A stretch of DNA of 59,292 nucleotides from an uncultured archaeon (GCA_902384455.1 CABMCB010000068.1:1-59292); one strand, 5' to 3'. Shown: positions 1 through 10,025, counted from the first letter of the stretch. Made by a program: numbers and translations. Notes: generated by a model from the letters alone, not told the origin.

Positions 1-40
1 AGCCTTTCTCTCCCATTTATCCAGAAGAACATTATCCCGA

Positions 41-541
41 TTAGCCGCTGTATCCGGAAACGCCCGAACCAGAGTAGCCGGAGTAACCCGATTGACCGGA
101 AGCTCCTTGAATTCCTTGGAAGCCCTGAGGGCCGGAATACCCACTGTATCCGGAAGGGCCGCTGTATCCAGAAGCTCCGCTTGCGCCTGTAGCTCCCGGA
201 GCTCCAATAAGGCCAGAGTACCCACTGTATCCGGAAGGTCCACTGTGTCCAGAGTATCCGGAGCGTCCCGAGTAGCCAGAAGCCCCCGAACGACCTGAGT
301 ATCCAGAGTAACCCGAGCGACCGGAGTAACCGGAATAACCCGAACATCCAGAATAACCGGAGTTACCAGAGTATCCAGTATATCCGGAAGTACCTGAACC
401 AGAATATCCGCTATATCCAGACTGGCCGGTGTATCCGCTGTAGCCGGAAGGTCCAGAATAGCCACTATATCCGGACGGACCGGAATAGCCGGAGTACCCA
501 GACTGACCTGCTGTTGGGGGGATGTAAATTACGCCAGCCAT
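41..541 (-). CDS. Gly-Tyr-Ser (SGYSGY) triplet-repeat protein, probably virion-associated
   Basis: 166 aa, almost all G-x-x triplets dominated by SGY, with a collagen-like GPQGFQGIQG stretch; late-type motif upstream. Confidence 0.7.
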   Translation of the reverse strand: MAGVIYIPPTAGQSGYSGYSGPSGYSGYSGPSGYSGYTGQSGYSGYSGSGTSGYTGYSGNSGYSGCSGYSGYSGRSGYSGYSGRSGASGYSGRSGYSGHSGPSGYSGYSGLIGAPGATGASGASGYSGPSGYSGYSGPQGFQGIQGASGQSGYSGYSGSGVSGYSG

Positions 542-603
542 TAAGGACCTTTAAGGAGAAAGTCTTCCTTAAAGACCCAAAATTTAGGTTTTTTAAGTAA
601 CTT

Positions 604-1125
604 TTAGGGTTTCCAGGTAAGATAAGCAGCAGAGCGCTTGAAGTAGCTGATATCTGGAGCCAAAGCAATACCAACCTGTCCAATCGGTGTAGAGACACCA
701 AGTTGTCCCAAAAGACAGTGGTCCATGTACGCATTTCTACCATAACCAACCATAAAGAAGTCGCGCTTCGTAACAGTCACTGTTTTTGTTACAATGGAAA
801 CAGAAGCGTTGTGAGTAGCCACCGTATTTTCAGAAGTGTCGTTTGTTGTGTGAGTGGTCGTGGTGTAGGCTACATGCCCACCAACAAAGGTAGGCTGAGA
901 CGTAGTTGTTGTCTCGGTGTGGGAGTTAATCTGTTTCTTGAGAGTGTCGTTCTCTGTGGTAAGTGTGACGTTGAGCTTAGTTACCTTCCTATAGCTATAC
1001 CCTAAAATGGTGGAAAGTAAGCCGAGGATAATGACAGCCACAGCCAAGCCGCCAATCAGCACTTTGTGCTTTGTGGCAAAAGCCACGGGTGTTGGGACAT
1101 TAGGTGCGGAATTATCCTCGGCCAC
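604..1125 (-). CDS. Membrane protein with N-terminal TM and coiled coil (spanin-like?)
   Basis: One hydrophobic helix then a heptad-like segment; next to holin-like genes. Confidence 0.45.
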   Translation of the reverse strand: MAEDNSAPNVPTPVAFATKHKVLIGGLAVAVIILGLLSTILGYSYRKVTKLNVTLTTENDTLKKQINSHTETTTTSQPTFVGGHVAYTTTTHTTNDTSENTVATHNASVSIVTKTVTVTKRDFFMVGYGRNAYMDHCLLGQLGVSTPIGQVGIALAPDISYFKRSAAYLTWKP

Positions 1126-1136
1126 GGTCTTTCTCC

Positions 1137-1385
1137 TTAGACAGAAACTGTCATCCCGTTGTAAGCAACAGCATGTGGGTCAGGGCTCGGGAGAGTTTCC
1201 TTATATGCCGAAAGCCATTCAGTCATCCACGTTTGCAGAGTTCCCGCTGTCAGGAGAGAATCTGTAGGAATGGAAGCTGTGGTATTCACGAGCTGGAAGT
1301 TGTAGGCCACCTGAATGGTGGCCGTATAACTTAACCCATCCTCGTTAGGTACCAGATTGATGATTTTGGCTGTTGCGTTTGCCAT
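1137..1385 (-). CDS. Hypothetical protein
   Basis: 82 aa ORF tightly packed in the operon. Confidence 0.6.
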   Translation of the reverse strand: MANATAKIINLVPNEDGLSYTATIQVAYNFQLVNTTASIPTDSLLTAGTLQTWMTEWLSAYKETLPSPDPHAVAYNGMTVSV

Positions 1386-1388
1386 GGC

Positions 1389-1700
1389 TTACGCTTTCTT
1401 TTTCAACACCACGTCAACTACGAAAGCCGCCGTGACGAGAATCAGAGCCAGCAGGACCAAGTAAGGAACTGCCAGGACCAAGGCAGGAACTACGCTCAGG
1501 GCAGCCTTCGAAACGGCAGCCACTACCTTGGCAGATAATCCGATAACAAACCGGCCCACCAGGAAGTATACCGCCCAAGCCGCTACAATCAAAAGAGCAG
1601 CCTTCACCTTTCCGAGCTTGACCAGCATGTTATCAAGGTTGGTACGCTTTTCAGCAACCCAAGCTTTGAGTTTAGGCCAGAAACCTGTAATCTCGTTCAT
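1389..1700 (-). CDS. Small multi-pass membrane protein (holin candidate)
   Basis: 2-3 hydrophobic helices, basic tail LKKKA, AAGGAG RBS. Confidence 0.5.
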   Translation of the reverse strand: MNEITGFWPKLKAWVAEKRTNLDNMLVKLGKVKAALLIVAAWAVYFLVGRFVIGLSAKVVAAVSKAALSVVPALVLAVPYLVLLALILVTAAFVVDVVLKKKA

Positions 1701-1710
1701 CGTATTCTCC

Positions 1711-1995
1711 TTAGTGTGTCAGCTTTACGTTCCCCATCGACGTGAAAATCCAGGTAAAGAGGGCTCCTAAAAACGCACTGGACAGTACGCCCACGATAGC
1801 TCCAATAAGAGCGGCCCTTGTCTGTACAACGGCCATCTTAATCTTCAGGTCACCAATCTCTTTGTAGAGTTCGGTAATGTCTGCTTTTGCTTGTTTGAGC
1901 TCAGACAGCACAAGACGCTGCCACATGGCCCAAGACCCTACAGGGTCATTTCCATTATCCCCGTTGGTCGGGTAGCCGTTGGTTTCGGGAGGCAT
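1711..1995 (-). CDS. Coiled-coil plus C-terminal TM protein (XhlA/holin-like)
   Basis: Heptad segment then TM AALIGAIVGVLSSAFLGALFTW. Confidence 0.5.
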   Translation of the reverse strand: MPPETNGYPTNGDNGNDPVGSWAMWQRLVLSELKQAKADITELYKEIGDLKIKMAVVQTRAALIGAIVGVLSSAFLGALFTWIFTSMGNVKLTH

Positions 1996-2042
1996 AGCTG
2001 TTCCTTATTCGTTAGCCTATAAAAGCCCAAAATTCAACGCTT

Positions 2043-2219
2043 TTATTTGCTATGCTCTTTACCGAGGAAATATCTTTTGATTTCGTTCTTTCCTTGGATG
2101 GCTTCAGTCGGAAGCTCGTGTGCGTTTGTTTCCACCAAACGCATAAGTAAGTCCCGAAGTTTGTCAACCTGAGAAAAGTCTGCTTTCGGCGTCGTCGCCG
2201 TTGCCGTTGCTGCTTTCAT
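2043..2219 (-). CDS. Hypothetical protein (58 aa, not in ORF track)
   Basis: ATG 2219 to TAA 2043, MKAATATATTPKADFSQ...; fills the gap after the fibre gene. Confidence 0.5.
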   Translation of the reverse strand: MKAATATATTPKADFSQVDKLRDLLMRLVETNAHELPTEAIQGKNEIKRYFLGKEHSK

Positions 2220-2233
2220 GCCGGTATTAATCC

Positions 2234-3649
2234 TTACATGTAGTAAATCAGTAGGTACCCGGTTACTCCGGGACCACCCGCTCCGCCATTTACAGGACCG
2301 GCAAAGCCTCCACGGCCATAAAAACCAAGACCTGTAAACGGAAATCCTCCAGTAGGAGAACCGATGCAGAGGCGGGCACCCACGTTACCAAAGTAACCTG
2401 GGTCACCAGCTTCCCAACCATTGCCACCTTTAGTCCCATTCACATTAAGTGTACCACCACTGGCACTTCCTCCAGCCCCGCCCTGTCCTCCTGTAATCGT
2501 AACAGAGGGCGGTGATCCGGTATAGGTGACTGTTAAGTTCTGGCCGTTTCCTCCACAAGTAGCATCCATTTTGGGATATCCAATGGAAGTAAAATCGACA
2601 GCAGTACCAATCCCACTTCCATTATTTCCTACATAGTAAGGAAATACGTTGCCAGGAGTTACAGGTACAATACCTTCAACATACCCACCCCCACCCCCAG
2701 CTCCTCCAAAACCCACATTAACCCCATTTGTGATGACTGTAGGTGCACCGTCTCCTCCAGGCCCCCAGCAGCGAACCCACATGCGGCTTACGCCTGCAGG
2801 AACAGTGATGTTTCCAGAACCCGGTCCGTATGAAACAATGCTTTTAACCCCAGTCTGCAAAACGTTAATCTGAGCCTGAATGTTATTAACTTCCGTAACC
2901 GCATCGTTAATGTTGATGGCTGGAGCTTCGTACCATTTGGAGGTTGGTCCAAGGATATCAGCAATAGCCGCTCGGATAGCAGACAAAGAGTCTGCGAGAG
3001 TAAGGGTTGTTGTCAGGTTGGCTTGGTGAGGGTCACCTGGCCAATTCTGAAGATTCCACACATACGGGAGTGTGTAGGCAAATTGAGAGACAATCGCCCC
3101 TGTCGAATCGAGTGTGAATTTACCAATCCGAGAATACCCATCCTTAGGGGTTGGCAAGTTACTCAAAAGAATAACCGGCGTAGGCGGGTAGTTGGAAGTG
3201 AGAGTGGGAATGATTAGAGCGCCTGCCTGGCGAGTTACTTCACTACACACATTACGTGTTTCAAAAGAATCCGGGTCAAGGGCTTCTGCGTAAGTGATAT
3301 CCACAAAGTACTCTTGATTTCCTGATGTCGGAGGAGTTGCATTCAAGACAGTAGTTTGAATGGGGAGAAGGGACCCACTGTAGTTGTTTGGGTCGTTATC
3401 CAGTGAAAAGAGAATCAGCCCTGCTGAAATGGATACGAGGGCTGGGCTTCCTGGAGTAATGCTTACCTTACACCCGTTAAGAATGCAGCCGGGATAGCCG
3501 AACCCAGCCTGCTTCCCTTGAAAGAAGTTGACGTTGAAATCTTTTGCCAACTGATGCAGGAGAGCAGCCAGGCTGTTGAGGTCAGCAGACGTTACCTCTT
3601 CAGTATCTGTGAAGTTTAGTTTTCGACTTCCTGTAGGGAAGGGAACCAT
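2234..3649 (-). CDS. Tail fibre/receptor-binding protein with Gly-rich C-terminal domain (paralogue 3)
   Basis: N-terminus shared with neighbours; TVPAGV...WGPGG...GGGGGY...VTPG domain; follows baseplate genes. Confidence 0.7.
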   Translation of the reverse strand: MVPFPTGSRKLNFTDTEEVTSADLNSLAALLHQLAKDFNVNFFQGKQAGFGYPGCILNGCKVSITPGSPALVSISAGLILFSLDNDPNNYSGSLLPIQTTVLNATPPTSGNQEYFVDITYAEALDPDSFETRNVCSEVTRQAGALIIPTLTSNYPPTPVILLSNLPTPKDGYSRIGKFTLDSTGAIVSQFAYTLPYVWNLQNWPGDPHQANLTTTLTLADSLSAIRAAIADILGPTSKWYEAPAININDAVTEVNNIQAQINVLQTGVKSIVSYGPGSGNITVPAGVSRMWVRCWGPGGDGAPTVITNGVNVGFGGAGGGGGYVEGIVPVTPGNVFPYYVGNNGSGIGTAVDFTSIGYPKMDATCGGNGQNLTVTYTGSPPSVTITGGQGGAGGSASGGTLNVNGTKGGNGWEAGDPGYFGNVGARLCIGSPTGGFPFTGLGFYGRGGFAGPVNGGAGGPGVTGYLLIYYM

Positions 3650-3650
3650 C

Positions 3651-4997
3651 TTACTCTCCGTAAATCAGAATCAGTCCATCACCCCCCGGAAATCCGGGGC
3701 TTGGGGTAACGATACTGCCTGTGTAAAACCCACGCAATCCTCCACCTCCGTAATAAGCAAAACCATTAGGGGCATATCTGGTAGTATTTTCGTTAGGGTG
3801 AAACAACTGATGATAAACACCCCCCATGACACCCCTTCCATTATCCATTACTTCGAAAGAGCCACCACTTACGGTTCCCGGAGTTCCGTCTGTGTCTGAG
3901 AAAATGCCACCATGACCTCCAAACCCAGCTACTGGGGTAACTCCACCAACAGGACCGAAGCTTGTAGATGTGCCGTTTGTGCTATCTGGACCTCCGCTAC
4001 CCACGGAAAAGTTGATGGTTTGTCCTGGGGTAACATTGAAAATATGTTCAAGGTAGGCTCCGGCACCTCCGCGCCCTCCTGCATTCAGGTACAGAGTAGC
4101 TCCACCCCCACCGCCTCCTCCCCACATCTTTACCAGGATTCTGTGAATTCCAGTAGGAACCACGTAAGGAGAGGACCCGTTATCTGCTTTGGTCAACTTC
4201 TTAACGGACTTAAATCCAGAGGTTAATGCGTTGATGTTGGCAATGAGTATAGAAATCATAGTAGCCAAGGTAGGCAAGTCTGCAGCCGCTACAGAATACC
4301 ATTCGTTTGGAGCACCGAGAATGTATTTAAGCTGTGCTTTAATTGTAGCGATGGAGTCAGCCAATGTTTTAATTTGGTCCGAGTCAAAAGTATTAGGGGT
4401 TCCTGGCCAGAGAACAGCGTCCCAAATCCGAGGAGTTACATAGGTAACAGAAACGGTGGCATCGTAAAACACCTCGACCTGGGCCAAACGAACGTATCCT
4501 GTGGCAGGCCCTGTAGAAGGTGCAGGTACTAAGGAGTAAAGAACCTGAGGCACCGTACTCACAGAAAGGCTTGCTGGAATAACGATGTTATTGACTGTAT
4601 CGAAAACTCTTCGAGCGCTGGTAGCTGGGTCAAGGATTTCAGAATAAGCCAAGTCAATGTAGTAGATGTCAGACCCCGACATTGGAAGAGTAACGGCAAA
4701 GAGGTCAGAAGGTGTATTCACCAGAGTCCCTGTATAGTCTCCAGGAATAGAGGTGTTGAATACAACGACTCCAGTATCGAGGTAGATATTGTAAGAGGGC
4801 CCCCCAGTTAAAGAGATTCCGCATCCGCTCACAATACACCCGAAATTAGTAGGGTCTTGGCTCTCTTGCAAAGCCTGGATAGTAAAGTCCTTAAAGAGCT
4901 TATGGAGCAAAGACGAGACTTTATTCAGGTCACTTGAAGTGATTTCCTGTTTGGGGGAGAAGTTAACTTTTGAAGAATTAGGGTTATTCAGGTCCAT
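3651..4997 (-). CDS. Tail fibre/receptor-binding protein with Gly-rich C-terminal domain (paralogue 2)
   Basis: Same architecture as flanking paralogues. Confidence 0.7.
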   Translation of the reverse strand: MDLNNPNSSKVNFSPKQEITSSDLNKVSSLLHKLFKDFTIQALQESQDPTNFGCIVSGCGISLTGGPSYNIYLDTGVVVFNTSIPGDYTGTLVNTPSDLFAVTLPMSGSDIYYIDLAYSEILDPATSARRVFDTVNNIVIPASLSVSTVPQVLYSLVPAPSTGPATGYVRLAQVEVFYDATVSVTYVTPRIWDAVLWPGTPNTFDSDQIKTLADSIATIKAQLKYILGAPNEWYSVAAADLPTLATMISILIANINALTSGFKSVKKLTKADNGSSPYVVPTGIHRILVKMWGGGGGGGATLYLNAGGRGGAGAYLEHIFNVTPGQTINFSVGSGGPDSTNGTSTSFGPVGGVTPVAGFGGHGGIFSDTDGTPGTVSGGSFEVMDNGRGVMGGVYHQLFHPNENTTRYAPNGFAYYGGGGLRGFYTGSIVTPSPGFPGGDGLILIYGE

Positions 4998-5005
4998 GGT
5001 TTACC

Positions 5006-6457
5006 TTAAGCGTAGTAGACGAGGATGATTCCGTCGCCACCTGTACCTCCAGGAGTGTTAACAACAGGAGGCCAAACTTTAGTGTTGGAAAAACCTCCAG
5101 CACACCCTCCCCCTCCACATCCAAACATAGGGGAGGGTGTCGCCTTACCTGCCCTGTGGAAGTAATCAATGCACGTCATGTTTGGGGCGGCTCTACCGTC
5201 TCCGTATCCAAGAATGCTTCCTTGAAGTCCTGGAAGAAGAACTGCCGTCGAGCTTGTAGCGGTAGGAGTACCTCCGGTACCTCCAGTACCGTCAATGACA
5301 GTGCCTGTATTTGGAATAGAGGCGTTACCTCCATTACCCCCAGCTCCAGCAGAGTAGCTGCCAAACGTAGTGGGATTTCCACTACCTCCAGCACCAACCC
5401 TGTAGTTAATGACTTGACCTGGAGTGACATTCATAACATCTTCAATGTAAGCTCCCGAGCCACCGCCTCCTCCCCAAGCTCTTAAAGAGACAAGAACCAA
5501 AGCAAAGGCTCCATTACCACCATTTCCACCAGGCCCCCACATACGGATGTAAAGCTTGGAACATCCCGCAGGTACTGTATAGGTAGATGGAAGTCCAGCA
5601 CGAAGTACAGACATTCCCTTAAAACCAAGTTTTAGGTTATTTACTGTAGTCTGAGCGTCGTCAAGGAGAGTCTTTGCCGTTTTCAAGTCAATGGCAGGAC
5701 CCGAGTACCAGTCGCACGTAGTCAGATAGGCTAGTTGAGCACGAACGGCTGACAAGCAGTCAGCCAGCGTGTATGTCGTTGCACTGTTCTGTGCGTGAGG
5801 AACTGCAGGCGACCCGGGCCAATTCTGGAGGTTCCAGATGTATGGGATAGCCATGTTGATGTCCCGGTAGATTCCAGTAGACGATACGACAAAGTTAGCG
5901 ATTCGATTGTACCCATTAGCCACCGGGTATTGAGAGACTTGAAGAGGGTCTGCCACTTCAGGCCCTGCGACAAGAGCATATGAATAGGAGGGGACTGTAT
6001 GAATGTTCGCGCTCTTTGCACTTACTAAATCGTTTGGAGCATTGTAGAAGTTTCGAGAAGTAGCGCTTCCCGGGTCGATGTTTTCAGAATAAGTAATGTC
6101 CAGGGTATACATTACAAACTTACCTGAGGCAGGGAGGTTAATGGTTCCTACTCCGCCTGCAGTAATGGGAACCAAAGAGCCACTGTAGTTATCCGCATCC
6201 ACAAGGGACGAAAAGAGAAGCAGTCCACTGGAAATCGAAACATTAACTTTATTCGGAACAGCTTTCAGAGTAGGAATACACCCGTTAACAACGCATCCAG
6301 GGAAGTAGCCAACCTGTTGGTTGACAAAGAAGTTGACATTACGGTCTTTGATGATTTGGTGAAGGTATGTGGAAATGGCGTTTAAATCAAAAGCCATGTC
6401 CTCTTGGACAACCGTAAAGTTGGATTTTCTTGAGTCAGTTGGAAAGGGCGTAGTCAT
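5006..6457 (-). CDS. Tail fibre/receptor-binding protein with Gly-rich C-terminal domain (paralogue 1)
   Basis: Start set at ATG 6457 (MTTPFPTDSRK) after GAGG; same architecture. Confidence 0.7.
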   Translation of the reverse strand: MTTPFPTDSRKSNFTVVQEDMAFDLNAISTYLHQIIKDRNVNFFVNQQVGYFPGCVVNGCIPTLKAVPNKVNVSISSGLLLFSSLVDADNYSGSLVPITAGGVGTINLPASGKFVMYTLDITYSENIDPGSATSRNFYNAPNDLVSAKSANIHTVPSYSYALVAGPEVADPLQVSQYPVANGYNRIANFVVSSTGIYRDINMAIPYIWNLQNWPGSPAVPHAQNSATTYTLADCLSAVRAQLAYLTTCDWYSGPAIDLKTAKTLLDDAQTTVNNLKLGFKGMSVLRAGLPSTYTVPAGCSKLYIRMWGPGGNGGNGAFALVLVSLRAWGGGGGSGAYIEDVMNVTPGQVINYRVGAGGSGNPTTFGSYSAGAGGNGGNASIPNTGTVIDGTGGTGGTPTATSSTAVLLPGLQGSILGYGDGRAAPNMTCIDYFHRAGKATPSPMFGCGGGGCAGGFSNTKVWPPVVNTPGGTGGDGIILVYYA

Positions 6458-6491
6458 GTTTTTCCTCAAAAAAGCCCAAAATTTACAGTTT

Positions 6492-8675
6492 TTACTGGAG
6501 GAGTTGGACGATGACTGCTGTAATTCCAGCCGCTTTCATGCTGTTTACCAAGAAAGCAATACGCTGGACGGGGTCAGATACCGCAAACTGCTCGGTATCC
6601 AGAAAACCCCCGTAAGAAGCGTATCCAGAGCCGGTAGACCCCTGAGGGAGGGCGCTGTGGAACGTAGTGGTGAGGTCCTGACTTCCGGTTGTTGCAAACA
6701 GGTCGTTGAAAGACCCGTAGGTTCCTGAATATCCAGAATAGCCCGAGTATCCCGAATAACCGCTCAAGCCCCCCAAGAATACCCCTCGGTTGTCCACCAC
6801 ATTCGAAGTAAAGACCACATAAATATAGAAAGGTCTTTGGGTCTGAATAAAGGTTAGCGGGGTAGCTACGTTTGTTAAACCCATAGTATTTGAATCAAGC
6901 TCTTTAACTGAGTAAGAGCCGGGGAACGAAAACAAGAAGTTGTAGAGGTCGGTGTTGGATGTGTTCTTCTTGGTTTCGGAGAATCCTGTATTCGAACCAC
7001 TCATCGTAAACCCGTCATAAACTCGAATAGACGGGTCGGACGAGTAAATTTTCTGCAAGAAGGACTGAATACTTGCAAGGGCGAGTTTGTTCCCGAACGC
7101 CTGAAGCTTAATTCTCTTCTTGTAATCATCTTGTGGCTCGTTGTAGATTCGAGGAACACCAAACCCAATACCAACCTGTTCAAGGCAGTTTGGCTTACCT
7201 GGGTAAGTGAACGAATCGTCATCGGCCCCGTAGTCGTTCGTGATGCTGTAGTTTGGCTTAATCGGAAGCGATGAGCTGTAGATTAAGGAGTATGTTCCAG
7301 GAATCCCCGTAGGGTCAACAGCGTTAGGCATGTACTGAAGAGTGGCAGTTCCCCCACCTGGAATTGTTACTTGCATAGGTGTTGTGATTTGGAAGATGTA
7401 ATTAGTCTGAGGAGTTCCATCAACAGCGCTGAGGTCCTGAGCTACGTTACTACCACCCGTGACGATAATGTCAGAACCGACACACAGAACGAAAAGAGGA
7501 GGCCCGGCCACCCCAGTCAAGAACTCTGCAGTAAATGGCGTTGCTGGGGAAGGGAGCGGGATGGGAAGTTTCACAACACGAAAGTTAGAGAAGTCCGTAA
7601 CGTAAAGAAACGACCCGTTGTTAGAGATACCAGCAGGGAAGCGTAATTCGGTGTTTCCTGTACCGAAGGAACCCCAATATGCGGTAAATGGGGTTGCCGG
7701 AGAGGGGAGAGGGAGAGGTAACTGAACCACCCTGGAATTGAAGGTATCTACAACGTACATGTCAGACCCGTTGATTGTGATTCCGTTAGGGCCGTTGAAT
7801 TCTGTAGTTCCAGAACCCGGAGAACCCCAGTAAGCCAGAAACGGCGTAGAGGGGGATGGAAGAGGCAACGGAAGCTGAATAACTCGACTGTTTCCATAAT
7901 CTGCAACGTACAAGTAGGTTCCATCTGTTTTGATGTCACTTGGATTAGACAAGCCGGTAGTCCCGCTTCCAGGGGAACCCCAGGTACCAATCAAGTTACC
8001 GTAGGTATCTGTCTGAACGATTCGACAGTTCACATAGTCGGTGACGTAGACGTAACCGCCGTAGGCCAGGATTCCGTAAGGACCACTGTACTGGTCGTTA
8101 TTTCCGAATGTACTCCAAGAAGAAATAATGGAGCCCTGAAGAGTTGTTTTAATGACCCGGTTATTCGAATAGTCGGTAGAGTAGAAATAGAACCCGTCTG
8201 TAGTAATCCCGTTCATGCTGAATCCGCTGGTTACGGGGTCATTAAAATTCCCATAAGTAAGGTTAATGGGAATGGAAACAGAGGAAGTCGTCTTGTTGTT
8301 GATTGTAGTATAGAACGACTTACTTAAATTCTTTGGGTACCCAAGGAATACCCCGTTTGTATTAACTACTTGATTAAGATTGAACAAGTATCCGGGCAAG
8401 GCTACTTCATCAATCACCCCCGAAACTTGAGAAATGTCGGTAAGCTCGACAGCTTCCACCCCAATCAGAGACTGCTGCTCTCCCGCAGCAACTGCTCGCA
8501 GAGCTTCGTCTGTAACACGAGACACAGCATCCATGAGGTTAACAACATTGGAAGCCCCCACCCGGTAAGTGGTGTTGTCGGTCGGGAAAGGAGCCAGTTG
8601 TCCCATGACCTGAGGATACACCTTAGGGGTGTTCTTCAGGATGATTGGCAGTGAAGGTACGGGGTCTTGAGGCAT
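6492..8675 (-). CDS. Baseplate wedge subunit (P2 gpI-like) with inserted NHL-repeat region
   Basis: LEQVGIGFGVPRIYNEPQDDYKKRI and C-terminal MKAAGI wedge motifs; P.gI....lYV.D..N.RV repeats; follows baseplate J. Confidence 0.7.
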   Translation of the reverse strand: MPQDPVPSLPIILKNTPKVYPQVMGQLAPFPTDNTTYRVGASNVVNLMDAVSRVTDEALRAVAAGEQQSLIGVEAVELTDISQVSGVIDEVALPGYLFNLNQVVNTNGVFLGYPKNLSKSFYTTINNKTTSSVSIPINLTYGNFNDPVTSGFSMNGITTDGFYFYSTDYSNNRVIKTTLQGSIISSWSTFGNNDQYSGPYGILAYGGYVYVTDYVNCRIVQTDTYGNLIGTWGSPGSGTTGLSNPSDIKTDGTYLYVADYGNSRVIQLPLPLPSPSTPFLAYWGSPGSGTTEFNGPNGITINGSDMYVVDTFNSRVVQLPLPLPSPATPFTAYWGSFGTGNTELRFPAGISNNGSFLYVTDFSNFRVVKLPIPLPSPATPFTAEFLTGVAGPPLFVLCVGSDIIVTGGSNVAQDLSAVDGTPQTNYIFQITTPMQVTIPGGGTATLQYMPNAVDPTGIPGTYSLIYSSSLPIKPNYSITNDYGADDDSFTYPGKPNCLEQVGIGFGVPRIYNEPQDDYKKRIKLQAFGNKLALASIQSFLQKIYSSDPSIRVYDGFTMSGSNTGFSETKKNTSNTDLYNFLFSFPGSYSVKELDSNTMGLTNVATPLTFIQTQRPFYIYVVFTSNVVDNRGVFLGGLSGYSGYSGYSGYSGTYGSFNDLFATTGSQDLTTTFHSALPQGSTGSGYASYGGFLDTEQFAVSDPVQRIAFLVNSMKAAGITAVIVQLLQ

Positions 8676-8686
8676 TGCCTTAGTCC

Positions 8687-10015
8687 TTAGTAAGTAGTCG
8701 TAATTACGATGGTGGTTGTAGGGTCGTTAAGAGTAATCTTCGTGGCTAAGTCTGTTGCGGGAAGGTCCCCATTAACGTCAACGGAAGGGCTGTTAATCAC
8801 AACATTACTTACGTTGAGGATTCCAGGAATCTCCATGCACTGGTCGATGATGTTGGATTTGTACAAAGTCCCACCAATCGGGATTTGAAGCACGAACAGG
8901 TCTACGGCGCTCTGGCAAGCCGCAATAATGCTTGTGGTGTCCAGGAAGGTTGGTTCCAGTTTGATTGTGAATGTAATCCCAACCGGAGTAAGAATGGACG
9001 GACGTGTAATGAACGCTTGGATTCCAGCAGCCCGGTATCCGGGGTAAATTGTTGGTTGAGAGGGGTCCCCGTTAATCACAGGTACCAACGGAGGTACAAT
9101 GTCCGAGAATCCGAGAGAACCCTGACCATTATCCACGACAACAACGATATTCCCGTAATGGGTAATGTCGTGTGGGGATTGGGCTTGAGGTCCTTCCAAA
9201 ATCGCTACGGTTGTGGGAGCCCCAGAAACAGGAGGAATACTTCCTGCCAGGTCCTGTGTCTCTTGTGTACCTACAGTAGGAGAACCGTCGTAAATGAGAG
9301 CGTAATTTTCAAGGACCTTGGCTTGGGAGATACCCAAAGGAGCCGAGGTACTCAAGTTTACAGCATTCAGGCAAGCACTGATGATGGAGTTGTTCGTCCC
9401 CTTGGACAGTGATTGAAGGAATGCAATACCACGAGCCCGGAACGAGTCGTCCGTCTCTTGGTCAAACCCATTATACCCGATAGACGTGTTTGTAACTGAA
9501 GTAACCACTTGAGGGTTCGGGTTATTGGTAATTAACCAAGTAGAAAAGCCGATGGTAGGCAGGTTACCCACAATTCCTGGAGTAGTGCAGACAGCGGGAA
9601 TGTTCGCACCTCCGCCTACATCTGCCGTACCATCAGCCGTAGTTACGAAGGTCAGAGAAGGAACGTCTCCAGAGCCTTGTACAGTCACAAGGGTTCCAGA
9701 AGGGATTGGTTGGAGAGGAACCAAGGTAGCATTGGCAGTAAAAGACAATGTAAGGGTAGCGGGTTGCGCCAGCAATCGCTGAAGACCGAAGTCAGAAAGG
9801 CGCTTATCGAGGTCCGAGCCCTGGGCGCTGTTGATGTAGAAACCGTTCAGCATATCCACGAGCTGGAAGTAGGTTTCATCCACCACAATAGCTACAGCTT
9901 CGAAGAATGTACGAGAAACTGCTCCGATATTGTCATCCGACACAGAGGTGTTAGCCGCCATGTGGTTGACCATTGTCGTTACGATTGCATCGTAGTCTTT
10001 TACTAAGAGTGACAT
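8687..10015 (-). CDS. Baseplate J-like wedge protein
   Basis: SAQGSDLDKR...FGLQR, AVCTTPGIVGN and GFDQETDDSFRAR motifs. Confidence 0.9.
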   Translation of the reverse strand: MSLLVKDYDAIVTTMVNHMAANTSVSDDNIGAVSRTFFEAVAIVVDETYFQLVDMLNGFYINSAQGSDLDKRLSDFGLQRLLAQPATLTLSFTANATLVPLQPIPSGTLVTVQGSGDVPSLTFVTTADGTADVGGGANIPAVCTTPGIVGNLPTIGFSTWLITNNPNPQVVTSVTNTSIGYNGFDQETDDSFRARGIAFLQSLSKGTNNSIISACLNAVNLSTSAPLGISQAKVLENYALIYDGSPTVGTQETQDLAGSIPPVSGAPTTVAILEGPQAQSPHDITHYGNIVVVVDNGQGSLGFSDIVPPLVPVINGDPSQPTIYPGYRAAGIQAFITRPSILTPVGITFTIKLEPTFLDTTSIIAACQSAVDLFVLQIPIGGTLYKSNIIDQCMEIPGILNVSNVVINSPSVDVNGDLPATDLATKITLNDPTTTIVITTTY

Positions 10016-10025
10016 GGTAAGTCCT

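Noticed and set aside
2234-6457. Diversity-generating retroelement or invertible fibre switch
   Set aside because: No reverse transcriptase, recombinase or near-identical TR/VR pair seen
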